The notes under the pieces were generated by a model, which ran no database searches, was not told the DNA's origin, and saw nothing but the letters and a program-made list of their open reading frames with translations. Source: Hormiphora californensis (Eukaryota > Animalia > Ctenophora). Taken from it: DNA of 64,000 nucleotides. Numbering within the stretch: position 1 is the first letter of the stretch; each line of letters opens with the position of its first letter. Shown one piece after another: positions 1 through 13,048 of this stretch. Location of the stretch: NCBI GenBank assembly GCA_020137815.1, contig CM035350.1:2790001-2854000 (forward strand), in the 5' to 3' direction. A program made the translations under genes and the position numbers.

Positions 1-50
1 AGATCCTCCAAACATGTGCCAGCCATTAGACGCGTCCCCTAGGAAGGGAA

Positions 51-110
51 GCAGTTGATACGAACTGGAGGGAAGCGTCTAGCCGCTTTCCCTCCAGTTG
101 TATCAACTGC
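51..110. repeat. Short near-perfect inverted repeat (hairpin)
   Basis: gcagttgatac-g-aactggagggaagcg / loop / cgctttccctccagtt-gtatcaactgc gives a ~26-bp stem with two single-base bulges. Confidence 0.8.
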
Positions 111-989
111 CTCACTCCTACGCAGGAGTTGGGGGAATACTACGCATTATAAGTGACTTTCTAACACTCAATTAGTGTAATGAACCAGTTCACGTTTCCT
201 CCGTTAAATAGGCAGTACAAAAGTGTAAAAAAACGTAGCATCATGTTTACAGAAGGGACTAAAAAGCAAAGGCTTACTTCCACGAGAGATAAAGAAACGG
301 TAGCAGTCTGTGTGATGATTCAGTTAATGGTATTCTGAAAATATATTTTATCCAAGTGTGTGGTGCGGAGCTGGCAACTATCAGGCGAGTGGATTTTGTT
401 GGGTAATTAACTTACAGGGATCAAGGGTGTATGATAAAACCCATCGTTATCTTGATGGAGATAAGGGTTCGGTGCAGTAAATTGGGAGGCCGTTTCCCGC
501 GTTTTACCCTCCCTGAATCCTAGTGCGCGCACTACTTTCAATAGCGAGTGCGCGTACAAAAACATACTCGCGCCCTACGTATATGTCGGGAAAACATGTG
601 ACGGAAATGATTGAATGGACAAAATGTTGAATGGGACAAATGACAATAACTGATCAATAACTTATCAATCATTGATTGGCCCAATTAATCGAACAACATT
701 GATACCTGTGTCGAGTGTTCCAAAGTATTCGGGCTGTCCGTTGAGAAAGCTGACACCAATAACAGCAAACACGAACATAAAACATGATCAAAAGTAGCAG
801 AATGTTCGCCATATCTGATGAAAAAGGGAGGGGGTAAATTGTTATGTTTTAACCCTGATTGTGCAGGGAAGGAATGTATCTGGGAGGGTTTTATCATTAT
901 GTTTGTCACAGGCGCAGATTGATAAAATGATAAATGAATTTCACCTCCTATGGAGTTTAGAGTACACAAGCTCTTTTCGGAAACCTATA

Positions 990-1349
990 ATGTTAAAAGG
1001 GGGGAAAAAGGGGAAAAGGGGGAAAAAGAAAGAGAGAGATTTCCTTGGAATTTTTTTGGGCCGAAAAGTGGGGGGAAAGAGGGGTTTTTAAAGGGGTGGG
1101 AAGAAAGGGAAAGGGGGAAAAGGGGGGAAGGGGGAGGGGGGAACCAAAAAAATTTAACCCCCCCCCCCCAAAAAAATTAATGGGGTTTTTCCCGGGGTTT
1201 CCCCCCCGCCCCCCCCTTACCCCCCCAAAAAACCCCCCCCCCAAAACCAGGGGGGGGGCAAAAAGGGAAAAAAAGGGAAGGGGGAAAAATTTTTTCTTTA
1301 AAAAAGGGGGAAAAACCCCGGGCCCCTTTTTTCCCCCCCCTTTTCCCTT

Positions 1350-1381
<32 letters not shown>

Positions 1382-2300
1382 TAAAAGGGCGGGGAAAAAA
1401 ACCCCCCCCCGGGGGTTTTTGGGGGGGGCCCCCCGGCCCCAAAATTTTTTCCCCCCTTTGGGGGGGGGAATCCAAACCCCCTCCCCCTCCCCCCCTTTTT
1501 TTTTCTCTCTCCTCCTCTCTCTTTTCTCTCTCTCTTTTCTCCCCTCTCTTGCCTCTCCCCTTTCCCTTTTAACCACTTTAAAAAAAAAATTTTTTCCCGC
1601 CCCCTTTCAAAATTTTTTTTAGCCCCGGCATTTGGCCTTTTTGGGGGCCCCCCTCCCCTAACCTTTTAAATTTTAAAAATTTCAATTTTAGCCAAAAAAC
1701 AAAGCTGAATAACATAAAGCCCAAAAAAAAAAAATGACTGAAAACGAACCCCTGCAGCAGGGTGATAAAAACCCACTTTTTGCCCCAATGTTCAAGTCAG
1801 AAGGGGTTTAAAAACGGCCCTTCCTTTTTAGCCCACCCAGCGGCGAATCTGAACCCCCAAGCAAAGGGAAAACAAAAGTGCAGTGAGGGAAAAAATTTTT
1901 CGAGGGCAAATCAAGAATTTTAGAGAAAATTTTTGGGGAAATAAAAGGGGGAAAAAAGGTTTTAATTGGGAAAAACAAAAAAAAAAACCCTTTTTTGGCG
2001 CAAAAAAATTTTTGAGTTAGAACTTTCCCCCAAAAAAAAACCCCCCCCCCCCCCCCCTTTTTCCCCCCCCCCCCCCCCCCCCCCCCCCCCCTTTTTTCCC
2101 CCCCCGGGGGGGCCCCCCCCCAAAACCCCCTTTTCTCTCTCTCTCCCTCTCTCTCCCCTCCTCTCCTCCCCCTTTTCCTTCTTTTCCCCCTTTCTCCCTT
2201 TCTATTATGGCAAAAAAACCGTGGGAAAAAAAATTTAAAAACCCCCCACCTTACCTTGGGTTCACAACATGAGTATATTTGATTCACCCCAACAAAAATT
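990..2300. other. Homopolymer-inflated low-complexity tract, probably poor-quality consensus
   Basis: Almost entirely runs of A/T/G/C; ORFs consist of K/G/P/F codons; blends into normal sequence at both ends. Confidence 0.75.
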
Positions 2301-3843
2301 TAAATGTTTTCCCCCTTCACCCGGGAATTTCTTACAAAAAAGTAGAGCTTTTACAGAAAGCTAGTGACAAATCACATAACAATAGTCGGCAAAGATAGAG
2401 TAGGCATCTGTAAGTTTTTATTGACGATAGGACAGACCTGAAAGTTGTTGTTTAGGTTTTTTGCGTAAAGGGAATCCTTGGAACCGAAAAAAAGGAAAAA
2501 GGTAGAAGGGTAAGGGGAAAAAGGGTGAGGGAGGGGTGAAAAAAGAGAGAGAGAAATCACTTCAAGTGCATATCACTTTTTGCTGTTTTTAGTTTTTTAA
2601 GGAAAGACAAAGGGGCTGGGTTTTGTAGCCCGAACAAAGAAGTGATATATAGTGAGGTCAGGGAGAGAGAGCTAAGGGGGATGGGGTAAGAGGGAGTTTA
2701 TCCCTCCCGAAATTCCAACAATGACTGGGGCTGTGGCTAAAATTTTAATTAAAAGACCCCATTTCCTTGTGTACGTTAATTCTTTTTGCCCCATCCCGTA
2801 TTACAGAAAAGTCTGTAAGAATTAGTGACGAAAGGGGGTTTAAAATTGCCTAACTAGACTGTCTTGAACAACTTTCAAGGGGGTCGTGAATAGAGGTAGT
2901 TTTGGAAATTTTAGTTTGTCTAAAAAAGAGAAATCTGACATTGATTGAAGCTAAATTTTCAATTCTTCAAAATTCAAAATCGGCTCTTGCAATTTCCACC
3001 CCAGTTAAAGGGAACAAATTAAAAATAAAGAAAGGAATGCACTGAACAAGGAGCTCACCGCGTGGCCACCCCAGTGTATGCTAGGAGTAGCTACACACAC
3101 ACGGTAAGGAATAAAACCGGCTGATTTCCCAGCGTCATGTTGCAGATACATAAAAACAAATCTCACATTTCATTGTCCATAATTTCAATTAGGGGGGGGG
3201 TCAATGTTCATGTCATGGGAATAATAGAATATTATGTCATTTGTCAGTAGCTGTCCATTCAGTTTGTTGTAGTAGTCTTTGGTTTTCCATTACTTTTCGT
3301 TCGTTTCCCCTTTTATTGATAAACCACCCCAACCCTTGGGAAACCAATTTAGCACTTTTTCAATAATAAAAATTTGGGTTTCGCCCAAAAATACTTTGCG
3401 TAGAGCGGGGGGAAAATTTATGGGGGGTTTAACTTTTTTTGTCAAATCACAATAAAAACCGGGGGGTAGTATTTTTCTTTTTAAAGCGAAAAATATTTTT
3501 GGGACTTAGGGGTGTTAGAACCCCAAATTTCGGGGATAAAGGATAACAACAGGTCATATCATGGGGGCAGTAAATAAATGTAACCACAATTAACAGTGTC
3601 ATTTAAAAAACCCAGTGTTCTTTTAAAAAATTACCCCTCAAACTAAAATTTTCCCCCTCTCCTCCCCCCTTTTCCATATCACCCTAAAACGTATTTCTGA
3701 ATTCTTTTTGCCCCCCCTTTAATTGCTGATCTATCATTAAAAATGGATTCTCGAGTACAAAACACACAATACACACGTTGCGAAATTGTTAAAAACAAGG
3801 TAAAAAGAAAGATTCTACCACTACACGTTTTGTACCCCCTCTC

Positions 3844-6096
3844 TCACGTGATAAGGGAGAGGAGAACAGCAATAAGTGTCACTATCACTAGAGAAGAAGA
3901 TGATTGTCCCTGGGTGCCCCCCGCAACTGCATCCGTACCTGACCCTCCCGTCAACTTGTCCAGAGCCTTGCACACATTCCCCTCGGCCAGGGTCCACTTT
4001 CCGCTGGGCGCACACACAATCTCCACCTTATCACCATCACACTTCACACTCGCCTTGTCATACACACTGATCCTCCCCACATACTTGGTGAAGGTGTACT
4101 CCTGGAAGCTGATCTTCCCCTCGACCTTCCACCCCCTCCTTACCGAGATCAGGACAGCTCCCATTGTAGTACTTACACACGAAGGGGAGGGTCACCTTAT
4201 TGTCCATGTCCAGCCAATGACCGCTCTTGCCCTGCATCCATGTAGGCGTAGTCCCTGTCGTACTCACTGTTATCAGGCTTATTGTTCCACCAGTAACTGA
4301 ACCTATCCGATACATCCCCGTTCAGCCACAACCACACCCCCTCCTGTCGGCCTCATCAGTGATCCCGATCCAGGCCCTACTCTCATTAGTGGCGTCCTTA
4401 TTGGTCATTATCAGGTTGAAGACCTCGTTGTTTCTCATTGTAGTCCAGGATACTGGTCAGGTGTGCGTCTTTCTGCCACTTCTGACAGGCCGCCTCCGCG
4501 TCAGGGGCTGACTTCCCCTCTGAGAAGTATTTGTATTCCTTGATGGTGTTGGGATCATACATATCAGCCGCAAAGTTACCGTCGTCACTTGTGTAGGATG
4601 CAGCCGTCCCCTGGGAAGCATACACATAGATGTCTGTCGTGGCCTGTTTGAAGTACTTTTCATTGTACGCCAGGCACTGGAAGACACCATGATCCGCGTT
4701 AGTTGGGAATTTGAACACTAACTCCATAGACCCGCTCCCGACCTGGTTAATATCCACTCTAGCCCCCTTGGCCCCTACAATACCGGCAGTATTTTGGTAC
4801 CATCCCATTCTGATCTGCGCATTCTCAGAGGTGTCCACCTTACATGTCAGACTGAACTCAGTGAACCTGTTGGGGGTGACCTTCACAGGCCCCGAGATAC
4901 CCAGGAATTTAACATCGAAAGATGAGGGCTCCTCAAAGATGCTCAGGATTTCCGTTGTTTTGTCCTCACTATTCACCACGTCACACTGGTATTGTCCAAA
5001 GCGGGAGCTGTCCAGCCGGGAGAAGGTCAGCTTTCTCCCTCCCTGGGAGACGCACCAGGTTCTCCGTGCACCCATGTTATCTGGACTTGTTCCTCACCCA
5101 GGGGCACAACCTTGTACCACTTTATCTCAGGGGCAGGGAACCCATACCCTGCACAGAACATACTCCCCTTCCCGCCAATAACGACCTTGTCCCCATAGTT
5201 GGCACCCTCCAGGATCTTGGGTGTGCCCCGGACACTGTTCTGAGTCCCAGCCTGGACTGTTCGTCCTCTTGGCCAAGTGTGACACTCTTATTGAGGACGG
5301 TCGAGGTGCCCTTACAAGTGTATTCTCCGATGTGTTTACTGGCTGTGTTCATGAGTACACCCAAGTCACTGTTTAGTGTTGGATTTTAAAAGTAGCTGCG
5401 CCTGTCTAGTCTATCTGTTCCCCGTTGAAAAAAACCCGGTAAAAATAGGGGGTTGGGGAGGTCCAAGTGGCCATTTTAACTTTACCAGGGGTTGGGAACC
5501 ACCTTTTTTTTTCGCTCTCATGTGGGGTCCCGTGGTGAATGGGTTTTACGAATTTCCCTCCCACCCCTGAAATCATCATGAAGTCGGTCTCGGGGGATGG
5601 CCTTTCTTGGTGTAACCCCCCCCCCCCCCGTCCGGTTTGTCCCTTTAAAAAAACCCCAAATCCTCGTCCCCATTAAGGTTTTTGGGGGCCGTTGCTTCCC
5701 CGGGGAACTTTTCCAACTTGTCCAACATCAAAAACCCGGTACTTGGTGCTTACCAGACATGAGATGGTAAGATCGGCCCCCTCCAGCACCTCGTGATCCT
5801 CTGGCTCCTTGGAGAATTTGAACTGATTGGAGGGCTCATCCATGTACTTCTGGGGGTTTTGTTGGCTTTGGGGATCGGGGGGTTAACACAACATCTGAGG
5901 GTTTAGCCCGTTGATCTTTTTCCAGGGCACACCAACGGCCAATGGTCCCGGGCTGGCAATCGTTTTCGGGGAAAAATGGGCATCGGGGGGTAACAACAGT
6001 AGCATCAGAGGGACCCGATCAAGGTCACCGGCCCCGGACGCTGTTAGAGATGAGGGGTAGGAGGAGGGAGAGAAGAAGTAGTCTGTAACGTATCAT
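3844..6096 (-). CDS. Cell-surface protein: signal peptide, several Ig domains, C-type lectin, Sushi/CCP-like domain, hydrophobic C-terminus (GPI signal-like); frameshifted by sequence errors
   Basis: ATG 6096 MIRYRLLLLSLLLPLISNSVRG; Ig motifs FSKEPEDHEVLEGADLTISC (5850-5755), GEYTC, GQYQC, LTC..WYQ..DHGVFQCLAYN; CTL YKYFSEGKSAPDAEAACQKWQKDAHLTSI...W..MDNKVTLPFVCK; CPDL...CAPSGKW; ends SSSSLVIVTLIAVLLSLIT* with no cytosolic tail. Confidence 0.8.
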
Positions 6097-6262
6097 AGCC
6101 TGGAGAAATATTGTTAGGTTTAGGTTTCGTAGAACCCGTAAAAATTGCCAAAGGCGAGCAAAATCACGAGGCCTACAACAAAATGATCCAACCCCCCCCC
6201 CACCACCCCACCCCTCTACCCCTCACGGTATTCGGAAGTCCACAAGCCGTCTTGTGCGGTGC

Positions 6263-9200
6263 ATGGAGGAGTCACTGTGTGACCTGTGTAGACAGGAACA
6301 GGAGTGCCTCTCCGAAATGTGGCGGGAAATGAATGTCAATCTGGCATCCCCTAATCAGGTACTGTACAACACGGGAATCTTTGCATTTTATTTCTGCTAG
6401 AGTTTGGCAGAGCGATAGGGTTCGGCATTGGTACCATTGCCACCTATTCTCGCTTCGTGTCAGCTCGATGTGTCCATATGTCACCAAGGTTTGGCAGGGC
6501 AAGTAATGCTATTCAGCTAACTCAAAACACAAAGGACAATTTGGGGTGATTGTAATTTACATAAGATCTAAATGTGCATGCGCTATGACCCATACAGCAT
6601 ATGAGAAACAAAATGGGCACATGCAGTTTCGAGTAGGATACTACTCAAACCCAATTTTCGAGTTAATCTTAAGAACGGTACCCCTGCACCTCTGTGTCTG
6701 GGTAATCTTGCCTCGCCCTTTATCGGTCCCCGCCCTTCCCACGAGTATATAATGACCCACACAATACCATTATGCTACTATAGGAGTGCTGTTCCTGATA
6801 CAATATATATTGCTATTCTTGTCTGTCACAATGGCACTCACTTCCTGGCTCCAAGCCTCACCCAATGTCATACAATTCTAATTTCAGGCCTCGAGTGATG
6901 ACGACCCTGTTGGGTTTGAGGATGCTATGTGTCTAATAAGGAGCGGCTCTATAGATGGTCTGAGGGACTTTATCGCTCAGAACAAGCAGTAAGTATTGGG
7001 GAATAAGGCTGTTAAATCTCGAACAAAATATTAAGTAATAGGCAAATAATAATGCTTACAACCATATGCGTGTATCTGTCACAGCAACAATCATGTCACT
7101 TGTACATTGTCTAACTATTGTCTAATCCTACATAAGGACCTTTTAAACGCTCACTTATGTGTTCAATAACTGCTGCAGTTGGTAGTCGTGGGGCAAGAAA
7201 AGATGATGATGGGGTAAAGAAAGGGCAGGGGAAAAAGAGGACAAACGACCTTCAAAACTGGGCGGTGCAGTGTGCAGAATTGTACAACATGGTCAGATAC
7301 TACCGGTTCGAACTACTGAAGAAAGTACCCACATTCATGCCTTGCCTTGCTCCACTTTGGGTTTGAACAAAACATCATATTCATAGAAAAGTTGAAGACT
7401 ATAAGTATATGCATAACACCTGAGCTCTTTTTGTCGGTAGTTATGAACAGGTGGTGGTAGGCAGAAGATATTATGTAAAATTGGAGAGTGCGAAAAACAA
7501 GGCGAAAGACAAAAATGGGACGATAAGCCCCCTGTCGACAGAACTCCCTAAAACTTTGTGGAGACCTATACTTGAACGCAGGAAAAGGAATTTTGGTTCT
7601 ACTAGAGCTAACACAACCTCGTGTACTAAATTCATTACAAGGATAGAGGTTGAAAGTAGTAAGCTCCAGAGCAATATATTCTGAGTAATCCAGTGACCAT
7701 GCTAGCTATCATATGTCACGACACACCCAATCCATGTGTGTAGCTAGTGCAATGTGATTACATCTTGTACAAATCGGGAGCGGGATCGGGGGCCAGATCC
7801 CCCCAAACCGGGGAAACAAACAAAGTGGGGGAGGAATATAAATTGAAACGGAATAAAAGGGGTTTTTTCGTTTTCAAGGGAAAACCCTTTTTGGAAATGG
7901 GGGAAAAAACAAACCCAATTTAAAAATTTTTAAAAAAACAAACCGGAAAAGGGGGGAAAAAAAAAAAATGGGAAATTTGTTTTGGGGGCAAAAAATTTTT
8001 TTTGCAAGGAGGGGGGGCCTGAGAAGGGGAGAAGGGGGGAAGAAGGGGGAGAGAGAGGAGGAGAGAAGGAGGGGAGGAGAGAGAGAGAAAGGGGCCCCCC
8101 CTTCTTGTCTTTGTTCGTTTGGGGGGGGAAAAAAACCCGGGGGGGGTTTTTTTCCCGGGGGTTCCCCCCTTCCTCCCCGGTTTCCCCCAACCCCCCCCCC
8201 TTTTTTTTTCCCCCCCCCAAGGGTTGGGGAAAAAAGACGTAAGTTTTTACACCCTAGCTGGGCGTCCCCCCCCCCCAGGCCCTTTTTAAAAATTTCACCC
8301 CCGAAAGGTTTTGGGAAGGGGAATCCAATTTTAAAAAAAATTGAGATTTAGTTTTTCTATCCCCCCTCCATTTCTCACCCCCCCCCCCTTTTTCTTTACC
8401 TTTTTTACAAACCCCTACCCCCAAAAGAAAGGTAAAGGGTTCTTTCAAAGAGGGGGATTTTTTTGGGGGAAAATTTTTGCCCTTAAAGTAAGATTTTTCC
8501 CCAACAAAAAAGGGGGTTTTTGGGGGGGCCCCGGGGGGAAACCCCCGGCGGGAAACAACGGGCAAAAAATTTTCCCCCGGCTTGGGGAAAATTAATCTCA
8601 AAACAGGGGTTCGGGGCTCACCCCGACCCTTAATTTTTCCCCCCCCCAACCCCCAATTTTCTAAAAACCCCCAATTCTCCCCAAAAGACCCCCCCCTTTT
8701 GTTTTAAAAACCATCCCCCAAAAGAACTGACCCTAATTATAGTGCCCCACTGCTACTCCCCCTACCCCCACTGCTATAACACCTCCCCCTACTCCCACTG
8801 TTACATCCCCCCCCCGCAGTGTTGTATTGGATACAGACGATGATGGCTGTACCCTGCTTCACCACGCCATCAAGAGGGGAGAGCAAGCAGTTTCATCCAT
8901 TTTAATCCAAGCTGGTGTGGACACCAATGCTAAAGATAGACAGGGAAACACAGCTCTTCATTTGTTAGCAATGCTAAAACATCCCAAACAAGGTACAAAT
9001 AGCTGTGAGGTTTTATAACACACACTTCCAGTTCCAATATATATGACTGAATGTAGTCTGGCAGCGATCTGACCCGATCTCAGAAGCTCCAGATCTGCGA
9101 TATGGTTAGTTTAATAACCCAACCCTCACCCTCCATCTCTACCAGGTCAACTGCTAGAGTGTCTAACTAAATCCCCCACCGGTATCAATACATTCCTGCT

Positions 9201-11588
9201 GAACGACGCCAAGGAAACAGCCCTCTCAATTTCTATTTCTACTGACAACTTTGAACTACAGAGCCTTCTGGAGCCCATCATGTTCAAGGAGTCTAGTGGC
9301 ATCATTTTACGGTGAATATGATATGTACTGTTAATTTATGTTTTGCACTGTTTTTAGTGAAGACGGGACTTGTTACCCGTCAATGTGTGTTATGGAGATT
9401 CACATTTGATCGTTATAATAATATCATAATATAACGTAGCCGCTCTATCTTGATGTTTAGTGTCATCCTATTTCTCAGGTGTCTTGGAGGATCGGTTGGT
9501 TTGATGTTACCGGATGACACATCGGCCTGCCTGCGGTATCTTGTTTCTAAAGTGAAGTGCTGGAATCCCTTCGAGAAGAAAGGGCTCAGTAGAGTTAAAT
9601 CTGTTAACTATCGGTTAGTGGGGGGCTCAGTAGAGTTAAATCTGTTAACTATCGGTAAGGGGGGTGGCGGGGCTCAGTAATCACTATTAGCTAGTCAATA
9701 GCACAATCTTGTGAAGCAATATAAATATCGATTGTGTCTCTGTGTGCTGACCCAATATCCTACTAGGTCACTGAAAGAGCGAAATGCAGGGGTTATTAAC
9801 GGGGGCACAACCGAACCAGTGGTAGCTGCAGCAGTGGATCCCTATAAGCTGAAGAAAACAGTAGCTGATAATAACGAGAAAATAGGTAAGTGTTTAGGGG
9901 CAGGCGACAACTACACAAGGAAAGATTATTCTTATTATGGGGGGGGGGGGGCATGGCGATGGGTGTGATCTGAGCTGTAATTCTTGTATCATACCTCAAA
10001 TCTACCCCGCCACAATTTAATATCTCCTGCTGCCGGGATCACAGTGATACTATCACTCTCTTCTCGCCTTCAATAAAACCATCCATCCACCCGATTATCC
10101 TTTATAAGGATATCAATCTTATCATTCTCTCCCAAAACAGTGAAGTTAAAGGAAGAGGTAGATGGTGTCCGAGGTCAAATGGTTGTTAGTAGCGCCCTTC
10201 ACGCGGCGGCTCTCTCGCGTCTGGAGGAGCGACTAGCTATTGAACAAGAGGAGAGGAGGGAAGCCATGTCGGAAATTAAAGAAAGCTACCAGAATAAACT
10301 AAATATTCTGGAGGCAGATCTTTTGGAGGCGAAACAGCTGGAAGAGGACGCCAAGGAGGTAAAGCAGAATGGCCTAGTTCCACCCCATCCCAAACCATGT
10401 CCACTGGTATCATTGTTCACACCAGTTGTGTGGGTGAGTGTATCATGACACAGAAGACGATCATTTAGACGTTTCGGCGTCTGCCATTATCAATAAATTT
10501 GGGGGAATCTGATCGGCATGATACACCATTGCACACAACTGATGTGAACAATGGAAACAATGATATACAATACCCCACCAGTCTCTACCACCTTGTACAA
10601 ATATCCACTGATGCTATTATAGTTGGAATAGTTCCAGCTTGTTTAATTCCCCCACCCCCTCAGGCACTGAATGACGTGGTCCAGCTAAAGAAGAGATACA
10701 AATTGAACTGGGTACCTAAGAGTATCACCAGGAAGTGCGCTGAGGTGGACTGTAGAAAGGTGTTTCAGGATGGCTTCACCCAGCATCACTGTCGCTGTTG
10801 TGGACGGGTATTCTGCTGCCAGTGCTCCATACAGAGGTACACTTGTCACGATTCTATGTGTGACTTCTATGTGTGACTTCTATGTGACTTCTATGTTACA
10901 CCTATAATACGACTTGTTTGTTACTTTGAGTGCCGCCTGCCTACATGCGTTGCAGTACATTGTACAATCTAGATAACACCCCTGATAAACTGTTGATATT
11001 GACAGTGACACTGTGACCTCCCTGCATTGACCTCACATGTATACTGTTTTGTTATCTAATGTCGCACATGTTTTCAGAGTACCAGTGCCAGCGTACGGTT
11101 ACGAGGCCCCTGTGCGGGTGTGTAAGCACTGCTACGGACTGCTCAACGAGGAGGTGCTTTGTGATTTCGACGAGTCTGATATCGATATCGACCAGTGGAA
11201 CTGTGTTCACCTGCAGAACGTAGCAAATGCAGACAATATAGGTCGGAAACCGAACAAATTCCTGAGGGCATTCAGCAGTAGTGGGGGTAGTAGGACACGG
11301 ACAGGGACTGTAACATCATCTGGATATACCAGTAGTACGACCTCCCCAAATGATGGTGATGATGGTGATGATGGGGGAGGAGAGAGTGCCGGGGAGGAGG
11401 ATCCGTATGGAAGTGAGAGTGAGGGGAGTACCATCAGCAACAACAGTGTCGAGGAGAGTTCCATATTCACCGGAGACAGCAGTTCTATCAGTGAAAGTGG
11501 CAGCAAAAAAACTTGGCCCAAATTTAAACAGATGTTTGGCTCTGCGTCACTAAAGAGTCTGAAAATCAAGGGGGCCATTGAGAATTAG
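6263..11588 (+). CDS. Ankyrin-repeat, coiled-coil and FYVE-type zinc-finger protein (multi-exon)
   Basis: Phase-compatible GT-AG exons ~6263-6358, 6888-6988, 8820-8992, 9146-9311, 9479-9613, 9767-9885, 10141-10357, 10664-10835, 11078-11588; ankyrin GCTLLHHA..GNTALHL; coiled coil LKEEV...EEDAKE; FYVE WVPK..C..C...HHCRCCGRVFCCQCS...RVCKHC; acidic Ser-rich tail. First exon is tentative. Confidence 0.8.
7780..8720. other. Homopolymer-inflated low-complexity tract (intronic), probably poor-quality consensus
   Basis: Same run-inflated pattern as 990-2300. Confidence 0.7.
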
Positions 11589-12489
11589 ACAGTGTATCAC
11601 TATCCGTATTCAGTGAATTCTAGACTCTGTTATTATAGACAAGGGTCAAGGACTTAGGGTGTTTTGATCGACTGAGCTTTTCAATTCCACACTTTGATAG
11701 ACTCTTTGAAGTGATCTGACTCAGACAATCCAGTTTGTAAACATGTTTAGTACATTATTAGTTTTTAGTAAATTTTTAAGCATGATTTCAGTGATTTTCT
11801 GTTTTTGTTTGATATAAATATTATTATGGTTGGGGTTTATATTTTAGTTTTTACATATTTTTGAAACGTGCAGAGCAGAGAAGTACAGTTGTTTTAAAGA
11901 TAGACTGACTGAATCAACATCGTATGATACATTTACTTCAACTAGCGTTATCTATCGAGATTTTATTATGTTTTAAGATCACTGTCAGGCTCTGCTGAAC
12001 GGCCTATGAGCGCCGAGCGGAGCGAAGAGGCTGGCAGGCTGCTGGCTGAGATTGAGAATGGTCAGGCATCATAAGATTAAGTACTGATATGTAGTGATGT
12101 AGTGTTACTGATAGTGATTTAACAATTTGTTTGAATTTGATTTCTACCAGTCTGTTTAAAAAAAAATGCAATTTTCTTTTGATAATTAATGGAAACGATT
12201 TCTTTAATGAAACCCAAAGAATAAAACTTGGGGTAATAATACTGATAGTAAGGTCATTAGTCCTTAGCTTAGTAATAGTATTACTGTATGGCGGCGCCAT
12301 ACCCCAATTTGATTCTCAGATGTGGTGGCGGCGCCAGACAGTAGTATTATTTTGGCAAAATTAGCAAGGTGCACGCGTATTTTTGTTGTGTTGACTGCCT
12401 AGATACGCGCAGCAATTCGAGGATTATTCCGCGCGCTCTTTTTCAGTGCAGCAACACACAAAATCTAAGTTGACAAAATCGAAAACAAA

Positions 12490-12784
12490 AGGGATCCCTA
12501 AAAAAGTTCAGTATTTACACAGAGTTTACACAGTCTTTACACAGTCATTACACCCAGAGCGGCGCGTGCTGCGTTTTGCGGCTTTTTCTAAGAAAATATT
12601 GGATTGTGTGCTGCACAATTGAGTAAATTGAGCGCTGCGGCGAAAAAAAGTTTCCGAAAACGCTGCAAATCGAGTGCGAAAGACGCAGTCTTTACACCCA
12701 GAGCGGCGCGGGCGCTCTGGGTGTAACGACTGTGTAAAGACTGTGTAAACTCTGTGTAAATACTGAACTTTTTTAGGGATCCCT
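12490..12784. mobile_element. MITE with long terminal inverted repeats
   Basis: agggatccctaaaaaagttcagtatttacacagagtttacacagtctttacacagtc... is mirrored by ...gactgtgtaaagactgtgtaaactctgtgtaaatactgaacttttttagggatccct. Confidence 0.85.
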
Positions 12785-12934
12785 AAGGCGTGAGAGCCAA
12801 AACAAGTTTCCGGCACGTTTGTTTCGTTTTCAGCTTTTGGGACAAAGTTTCCCGCACGTTATTTAAAAATCGTGCACCACCCAAGGGGGTGACTACAAAA
12901 AATGGCCTTGAATTTCCTACCAAATAAACTTTAA

Positions 12935-13048
12935 ATTAGCTAAAACAGATGAGTGGTTCGGCGGTTAGAGCCATTTTAGTGGATCAATTTTTTTTGGTAG
13001 CACGTACCTGTAAACAGGCCACCAAACACCCAGATCGTAACGGCGCCC
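12935..13048. mobile_element. Right half of the MULE-like MITE family seen complete at 39371-39619
   Basis: gagtggttcggcggttagagcc...ctgtaaacaggccaccaaacacccagatcgtaacggcgccc is nearly identical to 39523-39619. Confidence 0.75.

Noticed and set aside
861-2287. Several K/G/P/F-rich ORFs on both strands
   Set aside because: Products of homopolymer-inflated, probably erroneous sequence; no protein-like composition
7930-8649. Overlapping G/K/P/F-rich ORFs and apparent G-quadruplex arrays
   Set aside because: Same low-quality run-inflated sequence, inside an intron
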